Assembly: GCA_005882715.1 (NCBI GenBank)
Contig: VBEI01000005.1
Location: 1-40,506 of the forward strand
Reading direction: 5' to 3'
Length of the DNA: 40,506 bases
Source of the DNA: Chloroflexota bacterium
GTDB taxonomy: Bacteria > Chloroflexota > Dehalococcoidia > SM23-28-2 > RBG-16-64-32
In this document: piece after piece, positions 25,992-34,250 of the stretch
Position numbering within the stretch: position 1 is the stretch's first letter
Layout of the letters: each line of letters starts with the position of its first letter
Translations under genes and position numbers: made by a program
The notes under the pieces: generated by a model
Seen by the model: only the letters and a program-made list of their open reading frames with translations
Told to the model about the DNA's origin: nothing
Databases searched by the model: none

Positions 25992-27458
25992 TCAGGTTGA
26001 GCGGCTGCGAGCCCAGCGCAGGACTTTCGCGATGGCGTTCGCCGCCCGCGGGATCGTCGGAAAGACCGGAAACCCGGCCTGCCAGCATTTCTCCTGAAAA
26101 GCCGCGGTGCGCTCCATGCTCTCGACGTCGAGGGGTGGTCGCAGGACGACGACGATCGGCGTCCCGGAAGCCTCGCGCGCCTTCACCATCTGCTGGACCT
26201 GCATCTGCATGTAGTGAACTGGGTCGGCGCCGAGCATCGCCATCGAGCGGCGGCCGCGCCCCCAGCTAAAGCTTGTGTGGTAGAGGATCACGTCGATGTT
26301 CTCCGCCTCGCCGATGATGCGCAGCGTCTGCTCTAGCTTCGGCGGCTCGAAGATTGCGATCGTATCGACCGGGTTGCGCACGCTGGTGCCGGCGACCGGG
26401 TTTATCTCGCCTAGCGCTTTCTGGGTGCTCTCCGGCAGGACCGGGCACTGGAGACCGGCATCGTCGATCTCGTCAGCAGCGAAGACGCTGAACCCGCCTC
26501 CCCCACCGACCACTGCGACGCCCGGGCCGGCGGGCGCGCTCATGTAGCGGAAAGCCACCGCCAGGTCGGCCATCTCCTCGACGCTGTTGACGCGCACGGC
26601 GTTCAGCTGACGGCAGAGCGAGTCGAAGACGGCCAGGGAGCCGGCGAGGCTGGCCGTATGCGACATAACGGCACGGGTCCCCGCGGCCGTGCGCCCGCCC
26701 TTGAGAACAACGACCGGCTTGGCAGCCGCGGCGTCGCGGAGGGCTTGACGGAAGCGTCGGCCGTCCTTAACGCCTTCGATGTAGGCGCAGATCACGTTAG
26801 TCTTGGGGTCCCGAGCAAAGTATGAAAGCAGCTCACTCTCGTCGACGTCGGAAGCGTTGCCGTACGAGACGACTTTCGAGAAGCGGATGCCGCGCACGGC
26901 CGCTGTGTAGATCATCTCGCCGGCGTTGCCCCCGCTCTGCGAGATGAAGCCGACAGGGCCGCTCTCCGCGGGAAAGCCGGGCATGAAGGCAAGCTTCGAC
27001 TCGGGAACGTAGAGGCCCATGCAGTTGGGGCCGAAGACGCGAATGCCGGCACCCGTCAGACGCCCCACGACCTGCGTCTCGAGGTCGGCCATCTCGTCGT
27101 CGCCGGTCTCCCGAAAGCCGGCGGTGAAGAAGTGGACGCTGCGGACACCCTTGGCGATGCAGTCCTCGACCAGCCGGGGAACGATGCGCGCGGGGACGCT
27201 GGAGATCACGTGATCGACCGGCAACTCGATATCGAGCACGCTGGCGTAGCACTTGAGGCCTTCGATCTCCTGGTACTTGGGGTTGACGGCGTAGACGGCG
27301 GGGAAGCCCAGTTCCATCAGCGAGAGGAGGAACCCCAAGCCGACGCCGGCAAAGCCGGGCTGCTGCATGGAGACGCCGGCTATCGCGACGGAGCGGGGGT
27401 GGAAGATAGCGTCGAGGGAGGCGGTGGCGGTTCCCGGCTTCGTCTCAGCGGTGGTCAT
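25992..27458 (-). CDS. NDP-forming acyl-CoA synthetase alpha-like subunit (CoA-binding + ligase domains)
   Basis: IFHPRSVAIAG, GFRETG, GPNCMG, SQSGG, SYGN, YIEG, phospho-His motif SHTASLAG, VRNPVD. No ATP-grasp domain. Confidence 0.9.
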   Translation of the reverse strand: MTTAETKPGTATASLDAIFHPRSVAIAGVSMQQPGFAGVGLGFLLSLMELGFPAVYAVNPKYQEIEGLKCYASVLDIELPVDHVISSVPARIVPRLVEDCIAKGVRSVHFFTAGFRETGDDEMADLETQVVGRLTGAGIRVFGPNCMGLYVPESKLAFMPGFPAESGPVGFISQSGGNAGEMIYTAAVRGIRFSKVVSYGNASDVDESELLSYFARDPKTNVICAYIEGVKDGRRFRQALRDAAAAKPVVVLKGGRTAAGTRAVMSHTASLAGSLAVFDSLCRQLNAVRVNSVEEMADLAVAFRYMSAPAGPGVAVVGGGGGFSVFAADEIDDAGLQCPVLPESTQKALGEINPVAGTSVRNPVDTIAIFEPPKLEQTLRIIGEAENIDVILYHTSFSWGRGRRSMAMLGADPVHYMQMQVQQMVKAREASGTPIVVVLRPPLDVESMERTAAFQEKCWQAGFPVFPTIPRAANAIAKVLRWARSRST

Positions 27459-27633
27459 CGGACGAACGTTAACGTGCGCGTGAGGTTTGGAGCGAGTTTA
27501 GCAGCGAATTCGGCGAGCGGCAACGCTGTCGAGCAAGTCTCGCTTTGACTTCGCTGGAATCAGCCCGCGCTGGTGTCGGTCATGCTCGACAAGCTCAGCG
27601 GAAATGGACGCGCTTAAGAGCTCTCTAGGGACG

Positions 27634-28629
27634 CTAGTCGATCTCTAGCTCGCGCTTGATGTCGCGGACGGCGTCGACCATCACCTGGAGCTTCGCCTCC
27701 GCCTCATCCGTAGTGCGGGTCTTGAGCCCGCAGTCTGGGTAGATCCAGAGCCGCTCCGGCGGGAAGAGCTTGAGGGTACGGCGGATGCCGGCCTTCACGT
27801 CCTCCACGTCCTCGATGAAGCGAGTGTGGATGTCCGTCACGCCCACGCCCAGGTCCTTGCCGCTGTCGAACGGCACCTGCTCCATCAGCTTCAGGTACTC
27901 GAAGTCCGTGTTCATGAAGGCGAGGTGGATCTGCTTGACGGGCAGCCGTAGCATGTCCGGGTAGATCTTCTCGACCTCGCCGTAACAGATGTGCGTGTGG
28001 AACTCGGCGTCGATGCCATCGACGGTGAGGTGCATCGCCTCGACAGCCAAATCGAAGTCCTCGGCCGGGCGGGTGTGGATCGCCGGCTCGTCGATCTGGA
28101 CGTACTTCGCGCCGGCCTTAACCAACTCCTCGACTTCGCGGCGGATGATCGGCGCCATGTCGAGCACTGCCTCGCGCCGCGAGGGGTAGTAGTCGTCGAA
28201 CGACCACTCGACCATCGTGTAGGCGCCGGTAAGCATGCCCTTGACTGGCCGGCGGGTAAGGCTCTGGGCGTAGCGCCACATGTCGACGGTCATCGGACCG
28301 GGCCAGGTGAGCTTATCGACGATGATTGGCTTGTGGTAGTAGCGGTTCCCGTAGGAGCGGACAAGGCCGCCGAGCTTCATGCCGCCGATCGGGTTGCCGC
28401 CGGGCTCGCCGGCGAAGTAGGCGACCATGTCGCCGCGCTCCATCTCGCCGTGCACGAGCACATCGAGGCCGATGCGCTCCTGGCTGCGGATCCAGTACTC
28501 CGTGGCCTTGCGCTCGAGCTTATCGAGCTCGGCGCGGTCGATCTTGCCCTGGGAGAACTGGGAGCGGGCCTGGGCGAGGTATTCGGGCTTGGGATAGGAG
28601 CCGACGGCGTTTGTGATCAGTGCGGGCAT
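27634..28629 (-). CDS. Cobalamin-independent methionine synthase, catalytic (C-terminal barrel) half of split MetE
   Basis: VGSYP, GLDVLVHGEMERGDMVAYF, VRSYG, KGMLTG, QIDEPA, HTHICYG, PDCGLKTR. Confidence 0.92.
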   Translation of the reverse strand: MPALITNAVGSYPKPEYLAQARSQFSQGKIDRAELDKLERKATEYWIRSQERIGLDVLVHGEMERGDMVAYFAGEPGGNPIGGMKLGGLVRSYGNRYYHKPIIVDKLTWPGPMTVDMWRYAQSLTRRPVKGMLTGAYTMVEWSFDDYYPSRREAVLDMAPIIRREVEELVKAGAKYVQIDEPAIHTRPAEDFDLAVEAMHLTVDGIDAEFHTHICYGEVEKIYPDMLRLPVKQIHLAFMNTDFEYLKLMEQVPFDSGKDLGVGVTDIHTRFIEDVEDVKAGIRRTLKLFPPERLWIYPDCGLKTRTTDEAEAKLQVMVDAVRDIKRELEID

Positions 28630-28742
28630 GGGTTACCTCATCTGGTGGTCATTCTCAGGGGTGAGACCTTCGGCTACGTGACTGCGAGAAGCAGCGAGCT
28701 TTCAACCCGCAGCGTTCACCTATCACCTTACCCCATCGACGC

Positions 28743-29717
28743 CTACGCGGCTACGGGCTCCGCCTTGCGCGCGCCGTCCACCATCCGCTTGAGCTTCTCG
28801 AAGGCGGTTTCGCGGGGGAGATATTCGAGGCCGCAGGACGGGTTGACATAAATACGGTCGGGTGTGACCGATTGGGACAGCCGGCGGATCGACTCCTCGA
28901 TCTGCTCGATCGACTCGATGCGAGTATTTCTGCCGTCGACGATGCCGGCGCCGAGCTTTTTGTCGAAGCGGACCGACTTTACGGCCTCCCAGTTATCGCG
29001 ACCGGACACGAAATCCAAGCCGATGGTGGCGACCGGGAGATCCAGCAGGGCGGGGAGGATGCCGGCGGCGCTGCCGAACCAGGTGTAGACGGCCGTTTCC
29101 GTCTGCACACCGTTCAGCATGCGCGTCAGAGCGCGCGAGAAGATATCGATATCGTCCTTGTTGAAGACGATCACAGGGTCGTTCACCTGGATGATTGGCG
29201 CGCCGGCCTCGGCAAGAGCCTGCACTTCATTTCGCAGTTCCTCTGCCAGCGCTAGCGCGAGCTTCTCCCGGCTGCCGTAGTGCTTGTCGAGCGACAGCGC
29301 TGCAAGCGTGTAGGGGCCCGTGATGATCGCTTTTAAGGGCTTGGCGCTGTTCTCGGCGGCGAAGCGGTAGTCGCGAACCAGGATCGGTTCGCGCCAGGAG
29401 ACGGGCCCGGTGACTTCCGGACGGCGGTAGTAAGTATTCGTATCGAGGTAGCGCTCGAGGCTGCCGATTTCAACCCCACCGAGGCGCCGCATGACATAAG
29501 TCTGGTCATCGTCCCAGCGCGCCTGGCCGTCCGTGATGACTTCGACCCCCGCCTCGATCTGCTCGCCGATCACCTCGACCGTCACCTCGTCCTCGATGCG
29601 CGCAAGCTCCTCGCTCGTTATTTCGCCGCGGTCGCGGCGGTTGATGGCCTGGCGCAGACGGGCCGGGCGGGGACGGTTCGGGATCTTGGGGTAGTTGCCG
29701 ACGACAGTTGTCTGCAT
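28743..29717 (-). CDS. MetE N-terminal-barrel-like protein (non-catalytic half of split MetE)
   Basis: YLDTNTYY, ITGPYTL, YTWFG in place of HxC, GLDFV, GIVDGRN and PSCGLEYLP match the MetE N-domain motifs. Confidence 0.88.
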   Translation of the reverse strand: MQTTVVGNYPKIPNRPRPARLRQAINRRDRGEITSEELARIEDEVTVEVIGEQIEAGVEVITDGQARWDDDQTYVMRRLGGVEIGSLERYLDTNTYYRRPEVTGPVSWREPILVRDYRFAAENSAKPLKAIITGPYTLAALSLDKHYGSREKLALALAEELRNEVQALAEAGAPIIQVNDPVIVFNKDDIDIFSRALTRMLNGVQTETAVYTWFGSAAGILPALLDLPVATIGLDFVSGRDNWEAVKSVRFDKKLGAGIVDGRNTRIESIEQIEESIRRLSQSVTPDRIYVNPSCGLEYLPRETAFEKLKRMVDGARKAEPVAA

Positions 29718-29720
29718 GGT

Positions 29721-29910
29721 TCAGCCTTTCTCTTCTGTGGAAGATTTCAGCTGCTCGATCTCTTCCTTGACCTCGCTCAGCTCATCCTCGTCCTCACCGC
29801 GATCCTCCTCGAGCATCTTCAAGTACTCATCACGGCGGGAAAGCGCCAGGCGCTACGGAACCAGAAGCCGAGTGGCGGGGCGAACCGAAGCGGAACCAGC
29901 GTTGCGGCAA
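29721..29910 (-). pseudogene. Possible frameshifted small protein with acidic coiled-coil tail
   Basis: Final frame reads RRDEYLKMLEE..EDELSEVKEEIEQLK..G*, ending 3 nt before the metE-N ATG. Upstream W/F/P-rich segments lie in two other frames. Confidence 0.35.
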
Positions 29911-30287
29911 TGTCAGACAGGAATCAGCGCAGAAATACGAGCGAAAGCCAGTCTAGCATCGGGTATTGAACCCGGTCAAACGGGATCTGCAGTCCCGGGT
30001 AATATGTTCGCACTATATATGTTATGGTACCTGCCACGTGCAGCAGAGTGGCTGGGGGCTGCCCGGAAGCGCGCTCTTCCTGACGCGGCGTGAACCTGCA
30101 AGGACGGCGAGAGGACCTCGTGCGAACCACAGTCCTCAAATTGCCAGGCGGGTATGCCGGTGCTACACTAATTGGCGATTAGCACTCATCCGAAGCTGGC
30201 TTTACATCCGAACTATCTCACGAAGACAGACGGCGGCCTGCGGGCCGCCATTTATGTCAAAAGCTCTGAAATCGAGGTGACTGGCTG

Positions 30288-31523
30288 ATGTGGAAGACGA
30301 TCAAGCTTGGGACGGCGGCCGTCGCGCTGGCGTTCGTCATCCTCATGGTGGGGGTGGTCGGTTACGCGATTGGCGACACCGGCGCTTCGAGTTCGGGCAC
30401 CTCGCGCCAGGCGGAACAGAGTAGCCAGAGCCAGGGCTACTCTGTTCTGGATGAAATCCAAGGCATTCTGAAAGAGGACTTCGTCGCGCCCGATGCGGTG
30501 AACCCTGATACCTTGCAGAAAGGCGCGATCAACGGGCTCATTCAGTCGCTCGGTGATCCGCACACGGTATACATCTCGCCTGAAGACTTTGCGGTCGGGA
30601 TAGACATCATCTCCGGCGCTTTCCAGGGCATCGGTGCGCAGGTCGACCAGGACCCGGCCACGGGGCAAATCGTGATCGTCGCGCCCTTCCGCGATTCACC
30701 CGCGGAGAAGGCGGGAATACTGCCAGGCGACGTGCTGTTGTCGGTCAATGGCGAATCCGCCGAAGGCTGGACAGTGGCCGACGCCGTGAAGAAGATCCGG
30801 GGCCCAGAAGGAACTCAGGTTACGCTGTCGGTGCGTCACAGCGACAAGAGCGAGGCGCAGTTAACAATCGAGCGCGCCACCATTCAGATCCCGACCGTCT
30901 TTCCGGAAGAAGTGCGGGGACAAGACGGCAACCCGGTGAGCGATCTCGCCTATCTGGAAATCCAGCAGTTCACCGAGCAGACGGCAGGCGACTTGAATAA
31001 GGAACTGAAGCGTATACAGGACGCCGGCTACAAGGGGCTGATCCTGGACCTGCGGCGTAATCCCGGCGGCGGGCTGGACGCGACAGTTGATGTTGCCGAC
31101 ATGTTCCTGGACGATGGAGTCATACTCACCCAGGTGGACCGCAACGGCCACGAGACGGTCTACAACGCTAAGCCGGGCCACGTCACGGACCTGCCGGTGG
31201 CGGTTCTCGTCGGCCCCGGCTCGGCGAGCGGCTCGGAGGTCCTGGCGGGGGCTCTGCGCGACCATGGGCGGGCGAAGCTGATCGGCGAAAAGACCTTCGG
31301 CAAAGGCTCCGTCAACCATATTCGCAATCTGTCCAACGGCGGCGCCCTATACGTCACGATTGCGCGCTGGCGAACGCCCAACGGCGAATTGATCGAAGGC
31401 GTGGGGCTCCAGCCGGACGTGCCCGTCGCACTGACTCCTGAAGATGTTCAGGCCCACCGCGACCCTCAGCTCTTCGCCGCGATTGACTTTCTGCAAAACG
31501 GCGCGCAGGCGCAGCGCCAGTAG
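30288..31523 (+). CDS. S41 C-terminal processing peptidase (CtpA/Prc-like) with PDZ domain
   Basis: N-terminal membrane anchor, LGDPHT, GIGA, SPAEKAG, DLRRNPGG, SASGSE, TFGKG. GAGGTG RBS. Confidence 0.95.
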   Translation: MWKTIKLGTAAVALAFVILMVGVVGYAIGDTGASSSGTSRQAEQSSQSQGYSVLDEIQGILKEDFVAPDAVNPDTLQKGAINGLIQSLGDPHTVYISPEDFAVGIDIISGAFQGIGAQVDQDPATGQIVIVAPFRDSPAEKAGILPGDVLLSVNGESAEGWTVADAVKKIRGPEGTQVTLSVRHSDKSEAQLTIERATIQIPTVFPEEVRGQDGNPVSDLAYLEIQQFTEQTAGDLNKELKRIQDAGYKGLILDLRRNPGGGLDATVDVADMFLDDGVILTQVDRNGHETVYNAKPGHVTDLPVAVLVGPGSASGSEVLAGALRDHGRAKLIGEKTFGKGSVNHIRNLSNGGALYVTIARWRTPNGELIEGVGLQPDVPVALTPEDVQAHRDPQLFAAIDFLQNGAQAQRQ

Positions 31524-31557
31524 TTTTATGTAAAGCCCTACCCTGCCGGAGAGCAGC

Positions 31558-32010
31558 TTGGGCGAGAAGACCGTTTCCGTCAATCGCAAAGCCACCCACG
31601 ACTACCACATCCTGCGCACCGTCGAGGCAGGGCTGTCGCTCCTGGGCACCGAGATCAAGTCGATCCGCGACGGCCACGTCAGCATTCGCGAGGCCTACGT
31701 CCGCCCGCAAAACGGCGAGATGTGGCTTGTGGGCGCGCATATAGCCCAGTACGCGCCGGCAGGCCGTGACAACCACGAGGCGACCCGCTCGCGCAGGCTC
31801 CTTCTGCATCGGAGGGAGATCAACGAGTTGGAGCGCGAGAGCCAGTCGGGTGGGACGACCGTCGTCCCCTTGAGGCTCTACCTCAAGGACGGCAGGGCAA
31901 AACTGGAGATAGCGCTGGCGCGCGGTAAGAAGTCTTATGACAAGCGCGAAGCGATCGCCAAGCGCGACGCGGACCGTCAAATGCAGCGCGCTCTGCGCAG
32001 ACGAAGCTGA
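31558..32010 (+). CDS. smpB: SsrA-binding protein SmpB
   Basis: NRKATHDY, EAGLSLLGTEIKSIR, RRLLLHRREI, GKKSYDKRE. Confidence 0.98.
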   Translation: MGEKTVSVNRKATHDYHILRTVEAGLSLLGTEIKSIRDGHVSIREAYVRPQNGEMWLVGAHIAQYAPAGRDNHEATRSRRLLLHRREINELERESQSGGTTVVPLRLYLKDGRAKLEIALARGKKSYDKREAIAKRDADRQMQRALRRRS

Positions 32011-32087
32011 GCACGTTCGCCTCGTGCAACAAATCGCCCGTCGGCCGCTGCAGGGCCGGCGGGCGATTCGCTTCGAAGGTTCAGTAA

Positions 32088-33176
32088 TTACTCAATCAGG
32101 CGGCGCACTGAGACCGAGCTGAGCGGGTCGAAGGCCCCGATGAAGCTGGCCGCCTGGGAGTAAATCGCGTCAACCATCGTGATCTGGACCTCCCAGTGGC
32201 CTTTGCCACCCGTGCAACTCGTGGCGCCGACGCAGGTGTAGCCCTGCAGAAAGGCGAGCGCCCATCCCTGGATCGTAACCGTCTTCACCGGGTCTCCGTT
32301 CAGCGTGACGACCGGAACAATTATGATCCGCGGGCTGGCCGGGCACGCCACTTCGTACTTTGGTACCCCGGAGGGGTTCGGGCCGAACACTTCGCCGAAG
32401 TCGTCCTTGCGATTGCCGTTCTTGTCGCAGCCGGCGGTGGGCTCGGCAGTCAGGCGCTGGTCAATGCCGTGTCCGGTGCCGCCCACTTTGTTGCCGTCCA
32501 GGGCGTCAATGACGGAAGTCTGGCATGCAGGCTCAGTCTGGCCCTGAGCGCAGTAAACGGTATCGGCCGTTCCGTCGATGATGTTGGATTGGTATTCGCT
32601 GGAGCCACCGCCATTACCATCGAGGTCCAGCGCGCCGTACCAGCCGGTGGGCCCTATGCCGGCACCCACCTTGACGCTACAGTTCATATCAACGATCGGG
32701 TTGCCTGCTGGGTCCAGGCAAGTCGAATCACCGAGTACTATCGCCCACGGCATCAAGTTATTGTTCCCCGACACCGACCCGATCCGGGCTGCCGCGCTGG
32801 CGCCGACACCGCTGCTGGTCTTACCGAGAACCCGGCCAAATATCCAGCTGAACTGACGCTCGACCTCGACGTACATCGTGTCGTTAGGGTAGTCAGTCGT
32901 ACGCACCTCTATCGTCTTGAGCTCGCCGGATGATACGCCGTGCTTCGCGGCCCATTCGGCCGCTTTAGACTTCGCGGCTGCCGGGTTCGCTGGTAGTTCA
33001 GCGACGCCGGCCAATGCAGCGGCGTCGGCCGTGTTCTGAAGGTGTCGCCGGTCCTCGAAGAAGAGGCCAAGGTCAATAGCCATGGCTGTGAAGCCCAGAA
33101 GGACTGTCAGGGCCAGGACGAAAATCAGAAGGGTCTGCCCTCGTTCGCGCCTGTCGACTGCTTGTGTTGTACTCAT
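32088..33176 (-). CDS. TadG-like (Tad/Flp pilus pseudopilin) protein
   Basis: RGQ cleavage-type motif, then a hydrophobic helix, AIDLG and LQNTADAAALAG. Cys/Gly-rich extracellular C-terminus. Confidence 0.85.
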   Translation of the reverse strand: MSTTQAVDRRERGQTLLIFVLALTVLLGFTAMAIDLGLFFEDRRHLQNTADAAALAGVAELPANPAAAKSKAAEWAAKHGVSSGELKTIEVRTTDYPNDTMYVEVERQFSWIFGRVLGKTSSGVGASAAARIGSVSGNNNLMPWAIVLGDSTCLDPAGNPIVDMNCSVKVGAGIGPTGWYGALDLDGNGGGSSEYQSNIIDGTADTVYCAQGQTEPACQTSVIDALDGNKVGGTGHGIDQRLTAEPTAGCDKNGNRKDDFGEVFGPNPSGVPKYEVACPASPRIIIVPVVTLNGDPVKTVTIQGWALAFLQGYTCVGATSCTGGKGHWEVQITMVDAIYSQAASFIGAFDPLSSVSVRRLIE

Positions 33177-33240
33177 AAGTGCTTTCCTCTCAAGGCTCTT
33201 TACCTGTTATGTAGGTTATCGTGGAGGTACGCCCGGTGTC

Positions 33241-33278
33241 GGTTTACCTGCAGTTAACGTTGGTGAATGCTCGGTTAA
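33241..33278 (-). promoter_or_regulatory. Four phased direct repeats upstream of tadG-like gene
   Basis: GGTTTA (33241), AGTTAA (33252), GGTGAA (33262), GGTTAA (33273), spaced 11/10/11. Confidence 0.45.
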
Positions 33279-33458
33279 GGCTTTCAGGCGCAAGGTGGCA
33301 CAACTAAGCGAGGGCCTGTTCGTGCAGGTCGCCGCTTGTTCGGAGGAAGAGACACGCGCAGCAGTGCTCCCGCGCCCGCTTGGGTAAACGAGTCCCAGTT
33401 CGGCTGGGAGCTTGGTTAAGAGATTTATGTCGAGGCGGCAGCGCCGGATACTCAGGCG

Positions 33459-33467
33459 TGGTAAAAT
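33459..33467 (+). promoter_or_regulatory. Extended -10 promoter of ssrA
   Basis: TGGTAAAAT, 8 nt before the mature tmRNA 5' end. Confidence 0.65.
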
Positions 33468-33475
33468 GATTGCAC

Positions 33476-33835
33476 GGGGACGAAAGGGTTCGACAGGGAA
33501 GGTTGAGCCCGGATTGCAGGCCGAGTTCGTCACCAACTCGAAAATCAGGTGGCGCTAAAAGTAACTGGCAGAACAAACCAGTACGCACTGGCTGCCTAAT
33601 CTAGGCTAGTCACGTTGGGTCCAGGCCTCACCCCGATGGGCAGGGCCCGACGCCGCAATGTCGGGGTGCTGTCTCTCCGACGCCGATGCAGAGAGACCTA
33701 AGACTTTTCGGCTGGCGCGGCGGCAAGTTAGCCGCGGACGTACGTCGCGCGAGATTGAAACGACGGCTAAGCCTGTAGGAGATTCGGGGAGGCTTTCCTC
33801 TGGACGAGGGGTTCGATTCCCCTCCGTCTCCACCA
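33476..33835 (+). ncRNA. ssrA: tmRNA (one-piece); tag (A)GRTNQYALAA at 33567-33599
   Basis: Acceptor stem GGGGACG/CGTCTCC with G3.U wobble, 3' ACCA, T-arm GAGGGG-TTCGATT-CCCCTC, GGTTCGAC near the 5' end, TAACT before the resume codon, tag ending YALAA-TAA. Close to smpB. Confidence 0.97.
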
Positions 33836-33847
33836 TGAATATTGCTG

Positions 33848-33891
33848 GCCCCTTCCGGCAACTAAACGCGCTGGAAGGGGCTTATTGATTT
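33848..33891 (+). terminator. Probable ssrA terminator
   Basis: 12-bp stem GCCCCTTCCGGC/GCTGGAAGGGGC followed by TTATTGATTT. Confidence 0.7.
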
Positions 33892-34250
33892 ATGTCCACC
33901 AAGCCCCGCCTGCCGGGGCGGTTCGGGACGCCGGCACGCGGTTTCGTGTACAGGGATAACACGACGGGGGTGGCGCCTGGGTGTAGCGGGGAGAGCTTCG
34001 TTCCGTCACGGGCACAGGACCACCCGCGACGGCGCGATTCACTGCGACCCGCGCCTTCGGACCTGGGTTCGCGGGTTGGCGTCTTTTCAGTGGCTGAGGC
34101 GATGAAGATAGCGGTCTAGGGCTCCACGCGGGGTTTGTCTCGGAGCATCTCGTTGGTGGGCGCCCGGATGACAAATCACTCTGCGGGTGAGGCAGTAGAC
34201 TAAAGGTGCTGGAGAACATCCCGTGTACGGCAAGCTAGGGACGAAGGAAC

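Noticed and set aside
29718-30287. SAM or cobalamin riboswitch upstream of the methionine synthase genes
   Set aside because: No SAM-I core (ATC.AGAG..GAGGGA..GCAACC..GTGC) or B12 box could be located on the minus strand by eye.
33177-33470. c-di-GMP riboswitch, or a third 7-2-7 box (TACCT-N7-AGGTT at 33201), upstream of tadG
   Set aside because: No GEMM consensus is present, and the palindrome spacing is one base longer than in the two cassette boxes.
33802-33835. tRNA gene
   Set aside because: The T-arm and CCA end belong to the tmRNA; they pair with 33476-33482 and there is no anticodon arm.
33890-34250. Integrase fragment or att site after tmRNA
   Set aside because: No recombinase motifs in any listed frame, and no duplicated ssrA 3' end within the window.
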